A stretch of 63,109 bases of DNA, the filler included. It is 9 parts of 9 records of this genome, joined end to end, with 100 filler letters (N's around TTAATTAATTAA, not from the genome) between each part and the next. Parts side by side here need not be neighbours in the genome. Positions count along the whole stretch, not along the records: positions 32,986 to 39,178 come from SRR31147125_34421; positions 39,279 to 47,157 come from SRR31147125_34430; 7 more parts are not named here. The stretch is one strand, 5' to 3'. A program made the translations under genes and the position numbers. This document shows, in pieces, positions 32,986 to 43,262 of the stretch. The notes under the pieces are model-generated. The model was not told the DNA's origin and made no database searches. It saw only the letters and a list, made by a program, of their open reading frames with translations. The stretch's first letter is position 1, and each line of letters opens with the position of its first letter.

Positions 32986-34251
32986 CCCCCCCATGACCCC
33001 GCCAACAGTGCCGACAAGAGCACTCCGCCCATGGAGAGTACCTTTCTAAAAGACGATCGAAAAAGAATTAAGCCCAACGACAAGACCCTTCTGATTATTG
33101 AAGATGATTACGGATCAGCCAAGATCATGAGGGATTTTGCAAGGGAGCGGGATTTCAAATGCATTGTCGCAGAAACCGGAGAAACCGGCCTCCACTTTGC
33201 CGATTACTACCGGCCCAGCGCCATCATCCTCGATATCGCTCTTCCGGGAATCGACGGGTGGACCGTAATGGAGCGACTGAAAAGCGATTCTCGCCTCAGC
33301 CACATTCCGGTCCACTTCATGTCTGCCGCAGACAGCACCATGGATGCCATGCGCATGGGGGCCATCGGGTTTCTCGCCAAACCCGTCAGTCTCGAAAAGG
33401 TGGAAGAGGCATTTTCCAGGATCGAGAACATTATCTCCCGCCCTGTTAGAAATCTTCTGGTGGTGGAAGATGATGCCATCCAGCGGGAGAGCATCAAAAC
33501 GCTTATCGGAAACGGTGACGTGAAAACCACTTTGGCGGAAAACGGAGAAGCGGCCATGGCGGCCCTTTCCAGCCAACAATTTGACTGCATCATCCTTGAT
33601 CTCGGTCTGGAAGGGATGTCCGGGTATGAGCTGCTGGATCGAATCCACGACAGCAATGCCTATTCTCAAATTCCGGTGATCGTCTATACGGGTCGGGATC
33701 TCACCAGAGAAGAGGAAAACGAACTTCGGAGGTATACCGAGCGGATCATCATCAAAGGGGTGAAATCTCCGGAGCGCCTTTTGGAAGAGTCGGCCCTGTT
33801 TCTCCATCGGGTGGAAGAGAACCTTCCCAAAGAAAAGCGCCGGATCCTTCAAATGAGTCATAACAAGGAAGAGGTGCTGAAAGGCAAGACCATCTTGCTG
33901 GTGGACGATGATATGCGAAACGTCTTTGCGCTTTCCAGCGTTTTGGAAGAAAAAGAGCTGGATCTCGTCATTGCCAGGGACGGCGTGGAAGGGTTGGAAA
34001 AACTCACCGCCCATCCTGAAGTCGATCTGGTACTCATGGATATCATGATGCCCAACATGGACGGATACCAGGCCATGGCAGAGATCCGGAAAGATCCCGA
34101 AAATCGGAAGCTTCCCATCATCGCCCTGACCGCCAAAGCCATGAAAGGGGATAGGGACAAATGTATTGAAGCGGGGGCCAGCGACTATCTGGCAAAGCCC
34201 GTGGATATGGATAAACTGATCTCCATGCTAAAGGTATGGCTCTACCGATGA
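32986..34251 (+). CDS. C-terminal triple-receiver region of a hybrid histidine kinase (5'-partial)
   Basis: Three REC domains (IIEDD/ILDIALP, VVEDD/ILDLGL, LVDDD/LMDIMMP...KP). Confidence 0.9.
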   Translation, partial: PPHDPANSADKSTPPMESTFLKDDRKRIKPNDKTLLIIEDDYGSAKIMRDFARERDFKCIVAETGETGLHFADYYRPSAIILDIALPGIDGWTVMERLKSDSRLSHIPVHFMSAADSTMDAMRMGAIGFLAKPVSLEKVEEAFSRIENIISRPVRNLLVVEDDAIQRESIKTLIGNGDVKTTLAENGEAAMAALSSQQFDCIILDLGLEGMSGYELLDRIHDSNAYSQIPVIVYTGRDLTREEENELRRYTERIIIKGVKSPERLLEESALFLHRVEENLPKEKRRILQMSHNKEEVLKGKTILLVDDDMRNVFALSSVLEEKELDLVIARDGVEGLEKLTAHPEVDLVLMDIMMPNMDGYQAMAEIRKDPENRKLPIIALTAKAMKGDRDKCIEAGASDYLAKPVDMDKLISMLKVWLYR

Positions 34252-35294
34252 ATATAAAAAAACGCACATATACTTCCGACGCCCCACCGCCATCCGATTC
34301 ACCGGACTCTCCCGATTCATCCGGAGCCTCCCCCTCTCACCCACCGACATCGGATTCATCAACACCTGATGGAATGACATCGACTTCGGCATCGGAGTCA
34401 TGGCCGGCACCGCCCATGACGAACACAGCGGAACATTCCGAGTCTGAGCGACAGCTACAGAATGAACGTATCGAAATTCAACTGCTGCTTGAAGCGATTT
34501 TCCTGAAGTACGGGTATGATTTCAGAGAGTATGCCAACGCCCACACCAAGCGGCGTCTGACCCATCGACTGAGGCTCAGCAAACTGGACAATTTCGCCCA
34601 GATGCAGCATCGGGTGATTTATGACGCCTCATTTTTCAACACCCTGCTTCTGGATCTCTCCATCAATGTCACGGAAATGTTTCGTGATCCGTGGTTTTAC
34701 AAAAAAGTGAGGGAGATATTGGTTCCCATGCTGAAAACCTACCCCTTTGTCAAAATCTGGCATGCGGGATGCTCTGCCGGACAGGAAGTCTACTCCATGT
34801 CCATTCTGTTGGAGGAGGAGGGGATGAAGCACCGCTCCCAGATCTATGCCACGGACTTCAACGAGCGGATTCTCAAGACGGCCAAAGAGGGCATCTATCC
34901 CATCGACGTCATGAAGGAGTATACCTCCAACTATCAAAAAGCCGGGGGAACCCGCCATTTCTCCGATTACTATACCGCGGATTACGATCATGTGATCTTG
35001 AGAAAACGGCTGCGGGAAAAGGTGCTTTTCTCGGCCCATAATCTCGTTACCGACGGGGTGTTTGGTGAGATGAATATCATCTTCTGCCGAAATGTGTTGA
35101 TCTATTTCAACCGGAAGCTGCAAAACCGCGTGTTAAAGCTCTTTTATGAGAGCCTCTGTCCCGGCGGGTATCTCTGTCTGGGTTCCAAGGAAAGCCTGAA
35201 GTTTTCCGATTGGGACGATCACTTCGAGCGGATTGCCGACCGTGAAAAAATCTATCGAAAAAAACGATTTCCAACCGGTGGGGTGGCGCGGTGA
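34248..35294 (+). CDS. cheR: CheR-type protein-glutamate methyltransferase
   Basis: YGYDF, NVTEMFRDP, IWHAGCSAGQE.YS, FCRNVLIYF; Pro/Ser-rich N-terminal extension, so the start is uncertain. Confidence 0.92.
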   Translation: MNIKKRTYTSDAPPPSDSPDSPDSSGASPSHPPTSDSSTPDGMTSTSASESWPAPPMTNTAEHSESERQLQNERIEIQLLLEAIFLKYGYDFREYANAHTKRRLTHRLRLSKLDNFAQMQHRVIYDASFFNTLLLDLSINVTEMFRDPWFYKKVREILVPMLKTYPFVKIWHAGCSAGQEVYSMSILLEEEGMKHRSQIYATDFNERILKTAKEGIYPIDVMKEYTSNYQKAGGTRHFSDYYTADYDHVILRKRLREKVLFSAHNLVTDGVFGEMNIIFCRNVLIYFNRKLQNRVLKLFYESLCPGGYLCLGSKESLKFSDWDDHFERIADREKIYRKKRFPTGGVAR

Positions 35295-35923
35295 AAATAA
35301 CCCGTTCCCTGTCGTACGAAGCCATTGTCATGGGCGTTTCCGCCGGTGGTCTGACCGCGCTGACTCAAATCCTGCCCGGGTTGACGCTTCCGTTTCCTCT
35401 GCCCATCCTCATTGTTCAACACATGAGTCCGGCATCTGATGATTTTCTCGCCACCCACTTGAATCGCCTTTGCCGCCTGACGGTGAAAGAGGCGGAAGAT
35501 AAAGAGCCCATCCAACCGGAAACCGTCTACATTGCACCGGCCAACTACCATCTTCTGGTGGAGCCGGATAAAACCCTGTCGCTTTCTACGGAAGCACGGG
35601 TCAATTACTCCCGACCGGCCGTCGATCTTCTGTTCAACACTGCGGCAGAGGCCTATGTACATCGATTGATCGGTGTGATTTTAACCGGTGCCAATTTTGA
35701 CGGCACCGAAGGCATGCAAACCATTAAAAAGCTCGGTGGCCTCACCATTGCCCAGGATCCGGAGAGCGCCCAAGCCGAGGCCATGCCGCTTTCGGCCATC
35801 ACCCATGCGCCCATAGACCATATTATCCCGCTGAATGAGATGTCCGCATTCCTCAACCGGCTCGTCGCGTCCCTGCAGACGCCGATGCCGTCCCATAACC
35901 CACCGGGATCTGAAGCTGAATGA
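35291..35923 (+). CDS. cheB: Stand-alone CheB methylesterase
   Basis: GVSAGG, VQHM, YIAPANYHL, SRPAVD, LTGANFDG. Confidence 0.92.
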   Translation: MKITRSLSYEAIVMGVSAGGLTALTQILPGLTLPFPLPILIVQHMSPASDDFLATHLNRLCRLTVKEAEDKEPIQPETVYIAPANYHLLVEPDKTLSLSTEARVNYSRPAVDLLFNTAAEAYVHRLIGVILTGANFDGTEGMQTIKKLGGLTIAQDPESAQAEAMPLSAITHAPIDHIIPLNEMSAFLNRLVASLQTPMPSHNPPGSEAE

Positions 35924-36947
35924 TCTCACATGATCCCAAGGAGTCAGAAACAGCATCCATGAAACACCTATCCATACTCATTGTCGATGATCGTCCGGAA
36001 AACCTTTTGACCCTGGAATCCCTTCTCGACGCATCGGAACTGGAGATTGTCCAGGCGGAATCGGGGGAAGAGGCCCTCTCCCGCACATTTGATCACGAAT
36101 TTGCCCTGATTCTCATGGATGTTCAGATGCCGGGGATGGACGGCTATGAAACAGCCGAGCTGCTTCGAAGCACAAAACATACCCGGGATATTCCCATCAT
36201 TTTCGTCACTGCGGCCCGAAAAGATGAAATGCATGTATTCAAAGGCTACGAAGCCGGTGCTGTGGATTATCTCTTCAAACCTTTGGAGCCCCATATCCTC
36301 AACAGCAAGGTTCGAGTATTTCTGAAGCTCTACCGTCAGCGGATTCTATTGGAAGAAAAAACCAGGCAATTGGATGCCCAGGTGGCGGCACTGGAGACAT
36401 TGAAGCGGGAACTGGAAGCGTCCAATGCCAAGTTAAAGGCCCTATCATCCTCCGATGGGTTGACCAACCTCCCCAATCGCCGATTTTTCGACGAGAGCCT
36501 GAAAAAAGAGTGGCAGCGGGGCATCCGAAATCAGACACCGCTCTCCTTGATCATGGTGGATATCGATCATTTCAAAGCCTACAATGATCATTACGGGCAC
36601 GTTGCCGGAGACGATTGCCTGAAAAAAGTGGCCAACCAACTGAAAGAAAGCATGCCCAGGGCTGTGGACACCGTCACCCGATACGGGGAGAAGAGTTTGC
36701 CGTGATCCTTCCTGAAACCGACACGGCAGGGGGAGAAGAGGTGGCCCGAAGAATGCTGCGGGACATTCAGGCACTGACCATTCCCCATAATTTTTCCACC
36801 ACAACGAACCATATTACCGTGAGCATCGGACTCGCCACTGTTGTGCCGTCCAATGACATGAGCAAAAGCGGGTTTGTGGAAACGGCGGATAAAGCCCTCT
36901 ACCGGGCCAAGAGTTCCGGTAGAAACACCTATAAAAAAAGCCCATAA
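35920..36947 (+). CDS. REC-GGDEF diguanylate cyclase (frameshift in a G run at about 36686)
   Basis: REC domain, DGLT.LPNRR, DIDHFK.YND.YGH..GD. Adding one G restores RYGGEEF; ADKALY.AK..GRN follows. Confidence 0.9.
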
Positions 36948-36953
36948 TATTCA

Positions 36954-38417
36954 TCATCGATGGGCAGCTTCTTTCAACACCTTTTCACCCTCTTGACGAA
37001 CGCGTTCCAGTTCGGAAAGCTCATGATCGCCAAGAGCTGTTGGTTTGTGCGCTTCAAGCAACTTATCGATACGCTCACTTATCCGATCGTTGACCGTGTG
37101 TCTCCCTTTATCGATCCAATTCTGGATGAAGCTTCGATCCATGATCGTCGGGAAGAAGGTCTCTTTTCGGAAATGGTTGAATGTGTGAGGTTCGGGGATA
37201 AAGTTTCCGCCGGGGCCCACTTTATCGATCACCTCAGTTGCCAGGGTATCGGCATCGATATTGATTCCCCGCAGAAAATGGCGGGTCATACCGCAAATCT
37301 CGTCACCCAGCACCAGCATCTCCGGTGAGCAGATCATACCGGCACCGAGATATCCCACATCGTGAATGACGTTGAGACCCGCAAGCCCCTGAGCCAAAAC
37401 GCCAAAGGCACTCTCGGCACCGGCCTGACCATCCACCGACATGGCGTCCGAGGCACCGGCAAGGCCCCAGGTGGGAAGGCCTAAGCGTTGTCCCATCTGG
37501 GCTTGAGCAGCCAGACACATGCTCACTTCCGGAGAGGCCACCGTACTGACCGAACTCTTCATATCGAACATTCCGAAGTTACCACTCAGACAGGTGGCGC
37601 TGCCGGGTTTGTAAAGCTGAAGTACCACAAGGCTCATCAACGCTTCGGAGAGCCAAAGCACCACGCCGCCGGCAAGGGTCACCGGGCTGGTGGCACCCAT
37701 GAGCTGGGAGGTTCCCGGACACTGGGGGATCCCGTAATCCGCTGCCATAAAGGCACGATCGACCACCTCTTCAGGGTAGAACAGCGGGGTGATGGGCTCG
37801 GGATAGGCCACCAGGAAGGGTTTCTCCCTCAGGTTGTCCACGCCGCCCACACAGACGGCTGCCATCTCCTGGATGTAGCGGGAATCATTGACACTTTCGC
37901 TCAGAAAAAAGATGGGGAGGGTGGTGTTTTTAATGCACGCTTCAAAATCGTAGAGAAACGAGGCATATCCCGGGGTGTCCTGAGTGGTACCAAAGGGCAT
38001 GACCCAGTCGATGTTGGGCAGAGCGTCGGAAAGATGGGCTCCGATCTCAAGATCTTTGTAAGTGGTGGGACGAATCTCTCCGGTCTGATAATCCCGGGTG
38101 TGGGGAGATCCGGTGGCGCAGCCGTAGTAGCTGTTTCGACCCGTGAGTTCCATGGCGGGATTCCCCAGACGATCGTATACGGTGAATCCCTTGGGCGCCT
38201 GATCAAGACACGCTTCGATCACTTCCCGGGGGATGCGCACACGATCCCCTTCCACTTTGCAACCGGCATTTTTGCATAGTTCCAGGACCTTGGCATGGGT
38301 GGTCTTGAAACCGGTTTTTCCAAGTACGGTCATCGCGGCTTCATAGACCTGATCCAGTTCGGTCTCGCTGAGGATGGTCATTCTCACGGATGGATTGATG
38401 CGCTCGGGGCTTTCCAT
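36954..38417 (-). CDS. mttB: Trimethylamine methyltransferase MttB-superfamily protein, non-pyrrolysine
   Basis: 487 aa; GATSPVTLAG, SDA..VDGQAGAE, HD.GYL, DEI, IDKVGPGGNF; no in-frame TAG. Confidence 0.9.
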   Translation of the reverse strand: MESPERINPSVRMTILSETELDQVYEAAMTVLGKTGFKTTHAKVLELCKNAGCKVEGDRVRIPREVIEACLDQAPKGFTVYDRLGNPAMELTGRNSYYGCATGSPHTRDYQTGEIRPTTYKDLEIGAHLSDALPNIDWVMPFGTTQDTPGYASFLYDFEACIKNTTLPIFFLSESVNDSRYIQEMAAVCVGGVDNLREKPFLVAYPEPITPLFYPEEVVDRAFMAADYGIPQCPGTSQLMGATSPVTLAGGVVLWLSEALMSLVVLQLYKPGSATCLSGNFGMFDMKSSVSTVASPEVSMCLAAQAQMGQRLGLPTWGLAGASDAMSVDGQAGAESAFGVLAQGLAGLNVIHDVGYLGAGMICSPEMLVLGDEICGMTRHFLRGINIDADTLATEVIDKVGPGGNFIPEPHTFNHFRKETFFPTIMDRSFIQNWIDKGRHTVNDRISERIDKLLEAHKPTALGDHELSELERVRQEGEKVLKEAAHR

Positions 38418-38706
38418 ATTCTGTTTCCTTTTTTCATTCTGTTTCTTTGGTTCTATTTTTTCATACCTTAGAGATAAGGCAAGAATTCCTTATAGCTGAA
38501 GGAGTCTCTATTTTCATGCTATGGGAGAGTATAGAGGGGCTGAACGAAAAAAGGATAGAATGGAAATGCCAACTTTATGTTTAAAATCGACATTTCCGAA
38601 AGTTGGACGTTGGGAAATGAGTGTGTTGAATGGTGAAGGTCGCTTCCGCTTCTACCCGTTCGGCTTTCGCTTCGGAAAATTTACGCGGTTGTCAATATTC
38701 CCGCCC

Positions 38707-38976
38707 CTATTCGGCAGTGGCGGATTTGATGATAAAGTCGGGGAACTCCTTTTTAAATTCCGCTTTCATGGCCGTTTCAATCTCAGACAAAACAGCCATA
38801 TTCAAGACGGAACAGCAGGCTTTGGACTTCCCCATGGCTTTGTAAAAAATAGTCAAAACGCCGCGCTTTTCATGGACGCGAACCTTCTCCACCATTCCCA
38901 ATTGGGCGACACTCATGCCGGATTGAGGATCTCTTACCCGGTCCAGGATTGCATCTATTTTTTTCTGAATCGTCAT
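38707..38976 (-). CDS. DUF59/FeS-assembly-like small protein
   Basis: L.RV.DP..G.SV..LGMV motif; CC motif. Confidence 0.65.
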   Translation of the reverse strand: MTIQKKIDAILDRVRDPQSGMSVAQLGMVEKVRVHEKRGVLTIFYKAMGKSKACCSVLNMAVLSEIETAMKAEFKKEFPDFIIKSATAE

Positions 38977-39091
38977 ATCGCACACACTTGCCTTTTGAAC
39001 TCATTGTGTCGTCACTTTGAGTTCAATTCATATGAGATTGGGCATCCGGATGTGGTAAGGATATTTTATATGATCGATCGTATACGGGGTC

Positions 39092-39128
39092 ATGGTTTTA
39101 CCGTACGGTTAAACCATAATGAAGTCAA
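39092..39128 (-). promoter_or_regulatory. Sigma70 promoter overlapped by a 26-bp palindromic operator
   Basis: TTGACT-N17-TACGGT on the minus strand; atggttttaccgt|acggttaaaccat (12/13 match). Confidence 0.6.
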
Positions 39129-39291
39129 CCCAATTTAACCGTAGGATTACAATAAGTACCTGGACAGATATTCACCGGNNNNNNNNNNNNNNNNNNNNNN
39201 NNNNNNNNNNNNNNNNNNNNNNTTAATTAATTAANNNNNNNNNNNNNNNNNNNNNNNNNNNNNNNNNNNNNNNNNNNNGGGGAGGGTAAGA

Positions 39292-40545
39292 ATGAACACG
39301 GGGAAGCGTGAGTTTTCACAGGGGATTTATTTACATTGCTTTACCGCGATTCGATCTGTGATATGCATGATCGCGGGCACTTTTCTGCTTGCCGGGATGC
39401 CCATGTATGCGGCAACGCCCCGGCTGCATGTCGAGGGTAATCAAATAAAAGATCCTGATGGAAATGTCGTTGTGCTTCGCGGAGTCGACTTGATTGACCT
39501 GGGTTTTCTGGAGGATTGGCACGGCGGGGCATTTGAGATGGTCGATCGGCTTACTGATACCACCGATACTCAGGGCAGTTCTCCCGGCTGGTATCCCAAG
39601 GTTTTACGGATCAATATTACGCCCCCTGATTCTGTCGATAATTGGCCGCATCCGTTTGATCCGGATGATGACGATTTCTATAATAATCTTCTGCGGCCGG
39701 TTGTTGACTATTGTGCCTCCAAAGACCTGTATGTTATCATTGACTGGCATTACGTTGCGAATACATACGATCATGTCACATCGACCAGTGAGTTCTGGGC
39801 GTATATGGCACCGCGGTTTGCCAACGACAGTCATGTGATCTTTGAGTTGTTCAACGAGCCGATTAATGATGTTGACGGGGATTGGATTTTTAACGGTAAT
39901 GACGTTAATGACTGGTTAAGCGTCAGGAATGATATGCAAACGTGGATTGACATTGTCCGTACTTATGCTCCCGATAACCTGATCCTGGTCGCAGGAGGAT
40001 TTTATTCTCAACTTATCGGGCCGGCGGCGAATTACCCTGTCAGTGATCCCATTGGCGGAAATAATATTGCATATGTGTCGCATATCTACCCGGGGCATTG
40101 GCTTGATTCCTACTGGTCTTCGTTTTATCAGGCTCAAATTACCACCTGCCATGCGGCACATCCGGTTGTTATGACGGAATGGGGATTCAGTCAAAGCGGC
40201 GGCAATGAACATCTTCTTGGAACAATCACGGAGTACGGACAGCCATTAATGGGTTTTATCGAAGAACTGGGGATCAGTAATACGGCCTGGGTCGCAAGCT
40301 ATAACTGGGGGCCTCCGATGTTTTATTCGGACTGGTCACTCCGCTGCGGTGAGGGAGAAATGGGCTGTTTTGTTAAAGATACGCTTTATGCAAGAAGGAA
40401 CGATGACCAGCCATGCAGTACCGACGGCGATCTGAATCATGATTGCACAATTGATTTCGATGATTTATTATTATTAGCCGAAGACTGGCTGAATCCTTAT
40501 GAGATGACTGATATGGCAGATGTTTCAGCAGGATGGTTACAGTAA
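39292..40545 (+). CDS. GH5 glycoside hydrolase with dockerin-like C-terminus
   Basis: LHVEGN, IIDWH, FELFNEP, HIYP, TEWG; GDLNHDCTIDFDDL...AEDWL. Confidence 0.9.
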   Translation: MNTGKREFSQGIYLHCFTAIRSVICMIAGTFLLAGMPMYAATPRLHVEGNQIKDPDGNVVVLRGVDLIDLGFLEDWHGGAFEMVDRLTDTTDTQGSSPGWYPKVLRINITPPDSVDNWPHPFDPDDDDFYNNLLRPVVDYCASKDLYVIIDWHYVANTYDHVTSTSEFWAYMAPRFANDSHVIFELFNEPINDVDGDWIFNGNDVNDWLSVRNDMQTWIDIVRTYAPDNLILVAGGFYSQLIGPAANYPVSDPIGGNNIAYVSHIYPGHWLDSYWSSFYQAQITTCHAAHPVVMTEWGFSQSGGNEHLLGTITEYGQPLMGFIEELGISNTAWVASYNWGPPMFYSDWSLRCGEGEMGCFVKDTLYARRNDDQPCSTDGDLNHDCTIDFDDLLLLAEDWLNPYEMTDMADVSAGWLQ

Positions 40546-40594
40546 GGCTGATTTCCCAACTAACTTCGGTCGATTGTTGGAAAAGGACCCAATT

Positions 40595-43110
40595 ATGAAA
40601 AGAACAGCATTTATCATTGTTGCTTTGTTATTTCTAATCATCTCCACGGATGCATTTGCGACCAAACTGGTTGAAATAAAAGTCATTGACAAGGATTATT
40701 TGATGGCCCACTTTATGGATGGGGAGGTCGCTTTTGTGGACGATGGGCTTGGGAGTACCGCTTTTACATCCGGTCATGACACGGCCAATAATTACGTGAT
40801 ATCTTACGGTGATGCCCTGGAAACAACCAATGCGGTTCCCGCTGCCAATTGGGTCATCAAGTCAACGGATGATGCCAATTACGGAACAAGCGGATTAATT
40901 CCAACTCATTGTTACCGAAAATCCAAACTCAATGGTATGGCCGAAATGGATTGGAATATGTCAACCAATGACTTTGATTATGCATATACGACGGAGCACA
41001 CTATTTATCTGCAGTTACCTTATTCGCTTCGGCAGGGGGACAGCTATACCATCGAAATCAATGCCAATACAAATTCTGATGTGCTCAGCCAAGGCATTAC
41101 TTTTGATATATTTAACAGCCCCTCAGAAGCGGTCCATGTGAACCTGGTCGGATACCTGGATGACAACAGTATCAAAGCGGCCGATCTATACATGTGGATG
41201 GGTGATGGCGGTGCACGCGACTATTCGGGATTTGAAGGCAATACCGTTTATATCTATGATGTCAATACGTCTGCTGCACAATCTGTTGGAACGGTTGCTT
41301 TCTGGAAGGCAACGGCGTTGATACCTTCTGGTATTACAACCTCACAGCATCCGATGTGTGGAGCGTTGATTTTACGGGATTTACAACGCCCGGAACGTAT
41401 CGTCTGGCTGTCGAAGGCATTGGTTGCAGCGAAGACTTTGAGATCAAAAGAGATGTTTATTTTGAGCCGTACAGGGTCAGTACGCTGGGTTATTTCTATA
41501 TGCGAATCGGTCAGGATAATCCGGATATGACACCGGTTCCGCGGCGACCTCTTTATATTCCGAACGTATCTCCTTCAGATACAAAGGTCTATATAACGAC
41601 GATGCAGCCCTGGCATGCGGAGTGGGACACTTTTTCAAGCGGCGATTACTGGGATAGCCCAAACGATTGGAGTCCTTATGTAAAAGCGGGCAATCCCCAA
41701 AACAACAATGCTTATGGCGGCCATTCCGATGCGCTGGACTGGGACAGACACCTGGGGCACATTTCAAGTATTTACGATATGCTGCTGCCGTATATTCTGA
41801 CAGATGGCCGGTTGAATGATGACGATCTCGGCATCGCCGAAAGCGGCAACGGCATACCTGATATTCTGGATGAGGCAAGAAATGAAGTCGATTTTTGGCT
41901 TCGATTACGCGATGGGGACGGATACAGTCACGGACTTACCAATCCCACTGGCGGCAATGTCCTTTATCAGGCAGGCAACACGCCGATAGCGGCCTGGGCG
42001 AACGCTGCAAACGCCGCAATGCTGTCCAACTGTTTCATGATTGCCGGATTTGATGCCTTGAAAGATCAGTACAGGGCATCGGCTGTCGAGGCATACAATT
42101 ACGCTTGCGGCCTGCCTGCCCCGATGCTGAATGAGACGCAGAATTGCGGCTATGCCATATTCAGGGGGAAGGATCTGAAAATGATGGCGGCGGCGTATCT
42201 ATATAATGTGACGGGAGATACGGTTTATGAGGATATGGTCGATTCCCTAAGTGAAGTTACATCAGCGACCTCGACGATTGCTGATTCGAATATGAATCAG
42301 CTTTATGCGCTCGCGGGTTATCTCATGACCCGGCAAACGGTTCACTATCCCACGTTATTCAACAATATAAAGGCTTCTATTATAGATGAAGCAAAAGACA
42401 AAGAAGCCAACTATATCAATTCACGACCTACGCGGAGGGCTGCGGATGACTCCAAGCAAGATGGAGACGCGGGATACTTCAAGACCATCCAGAATGTACA
42501 ACGATCGATTGTTGCACACGCGATTGCCGATAGTTCTGCAGACAGAGAGTTGTTCGAAAATGCCATGGTTTTAGAAGCGGACTGGGGGCTTGGGCGTAAT
42601 TCCCTGAATATCATTTATATGACCACTGCCGCAACCAACCTGGAAAACAAGCGGAGTATTGAAAATGCCTATACGTCCGGCAGAGACGATGGAACGCCCG
42701 GCGTGCATCCCGGACATACCCCTTATTTGAATACCGATGACTGGTATTGCGGTATGATTATGGGGTGTCCGGGCTGGATGGTTGATAAATGTTACCCGGA
42801 GTATGGGACATATTCTACCGGCTGGCCGAAATCCGAAGGCTATTTCAACACACGATATGTCTGGGCTCATTCGGAATTTACACCCCAGCAAACCATGCGG
42901 GGTAAAATGGCCCTTTATGCCTATTTATATGGTTTATATAAATTTTCTCCGGGAGATTTTGAACCGGATGGCGATGTAGATCTGGCGGATCTGGCGACGC
43001 TGGCGGGAGAATGGCTGCAAACGGAGAATCTATCAGCCGATATCTATCCGGTCGGCGGTGATGGGATTGTTGACTTGCTGGATTTTGCATATTTTGTGAA
43101 GTATTGGTAA
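40595..43110 (+). CDS. GH9-like glycoside hydrolase with N-terminal Ig and dockerin-like C-terminus (frameshift at about 41308)
   Basis: VHVNLVGY, DFTGFTTPGTYRL, GGHSDALDWD, ESGNGIPDILDE, LGRN; GDFEPDGDVDLADL...GDGIVDLLDF. Confidence 0.82.
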
Positions 43111-43262
43111 AAGTTACTGTCAGGCCGACGAAGGAGCAGTTCATCGTAAAATCACTGTATTGGGATATAAGTTTGTTAGAGACTTTTGGACATAAAAACG
43201 TGCGTTAACAGAGGATTTATAGACTATTCCAGCTTAGGTCGTTTCCATGAAAGGATTCTGCA

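Noticed and set aside
36680-36705. Degenerate GGDEF site or programmed frameshift
   Set aside because: One added G in a G run restores GGEEF, consistent with window-wide homopolymer errors
33115-38279. Long antisense ORFs (33115-34014, 37488-38279 and others)
   Set aside because: Shadows of real genes on the opposite strand, with no recognisable motifs
36954-38417. Pyrrolysine recoding in MttB
   Set aside because: The ORF is full length with no in-frame TAG, and no pyl genes are present
38521-39138. 205-aa plus-strand ORF and a possible sigma54 site near 38560-38572
   Set aside because: The ORF is antisense to the DUF59-like gene; the site has TGGCA but lacks the -12 GC
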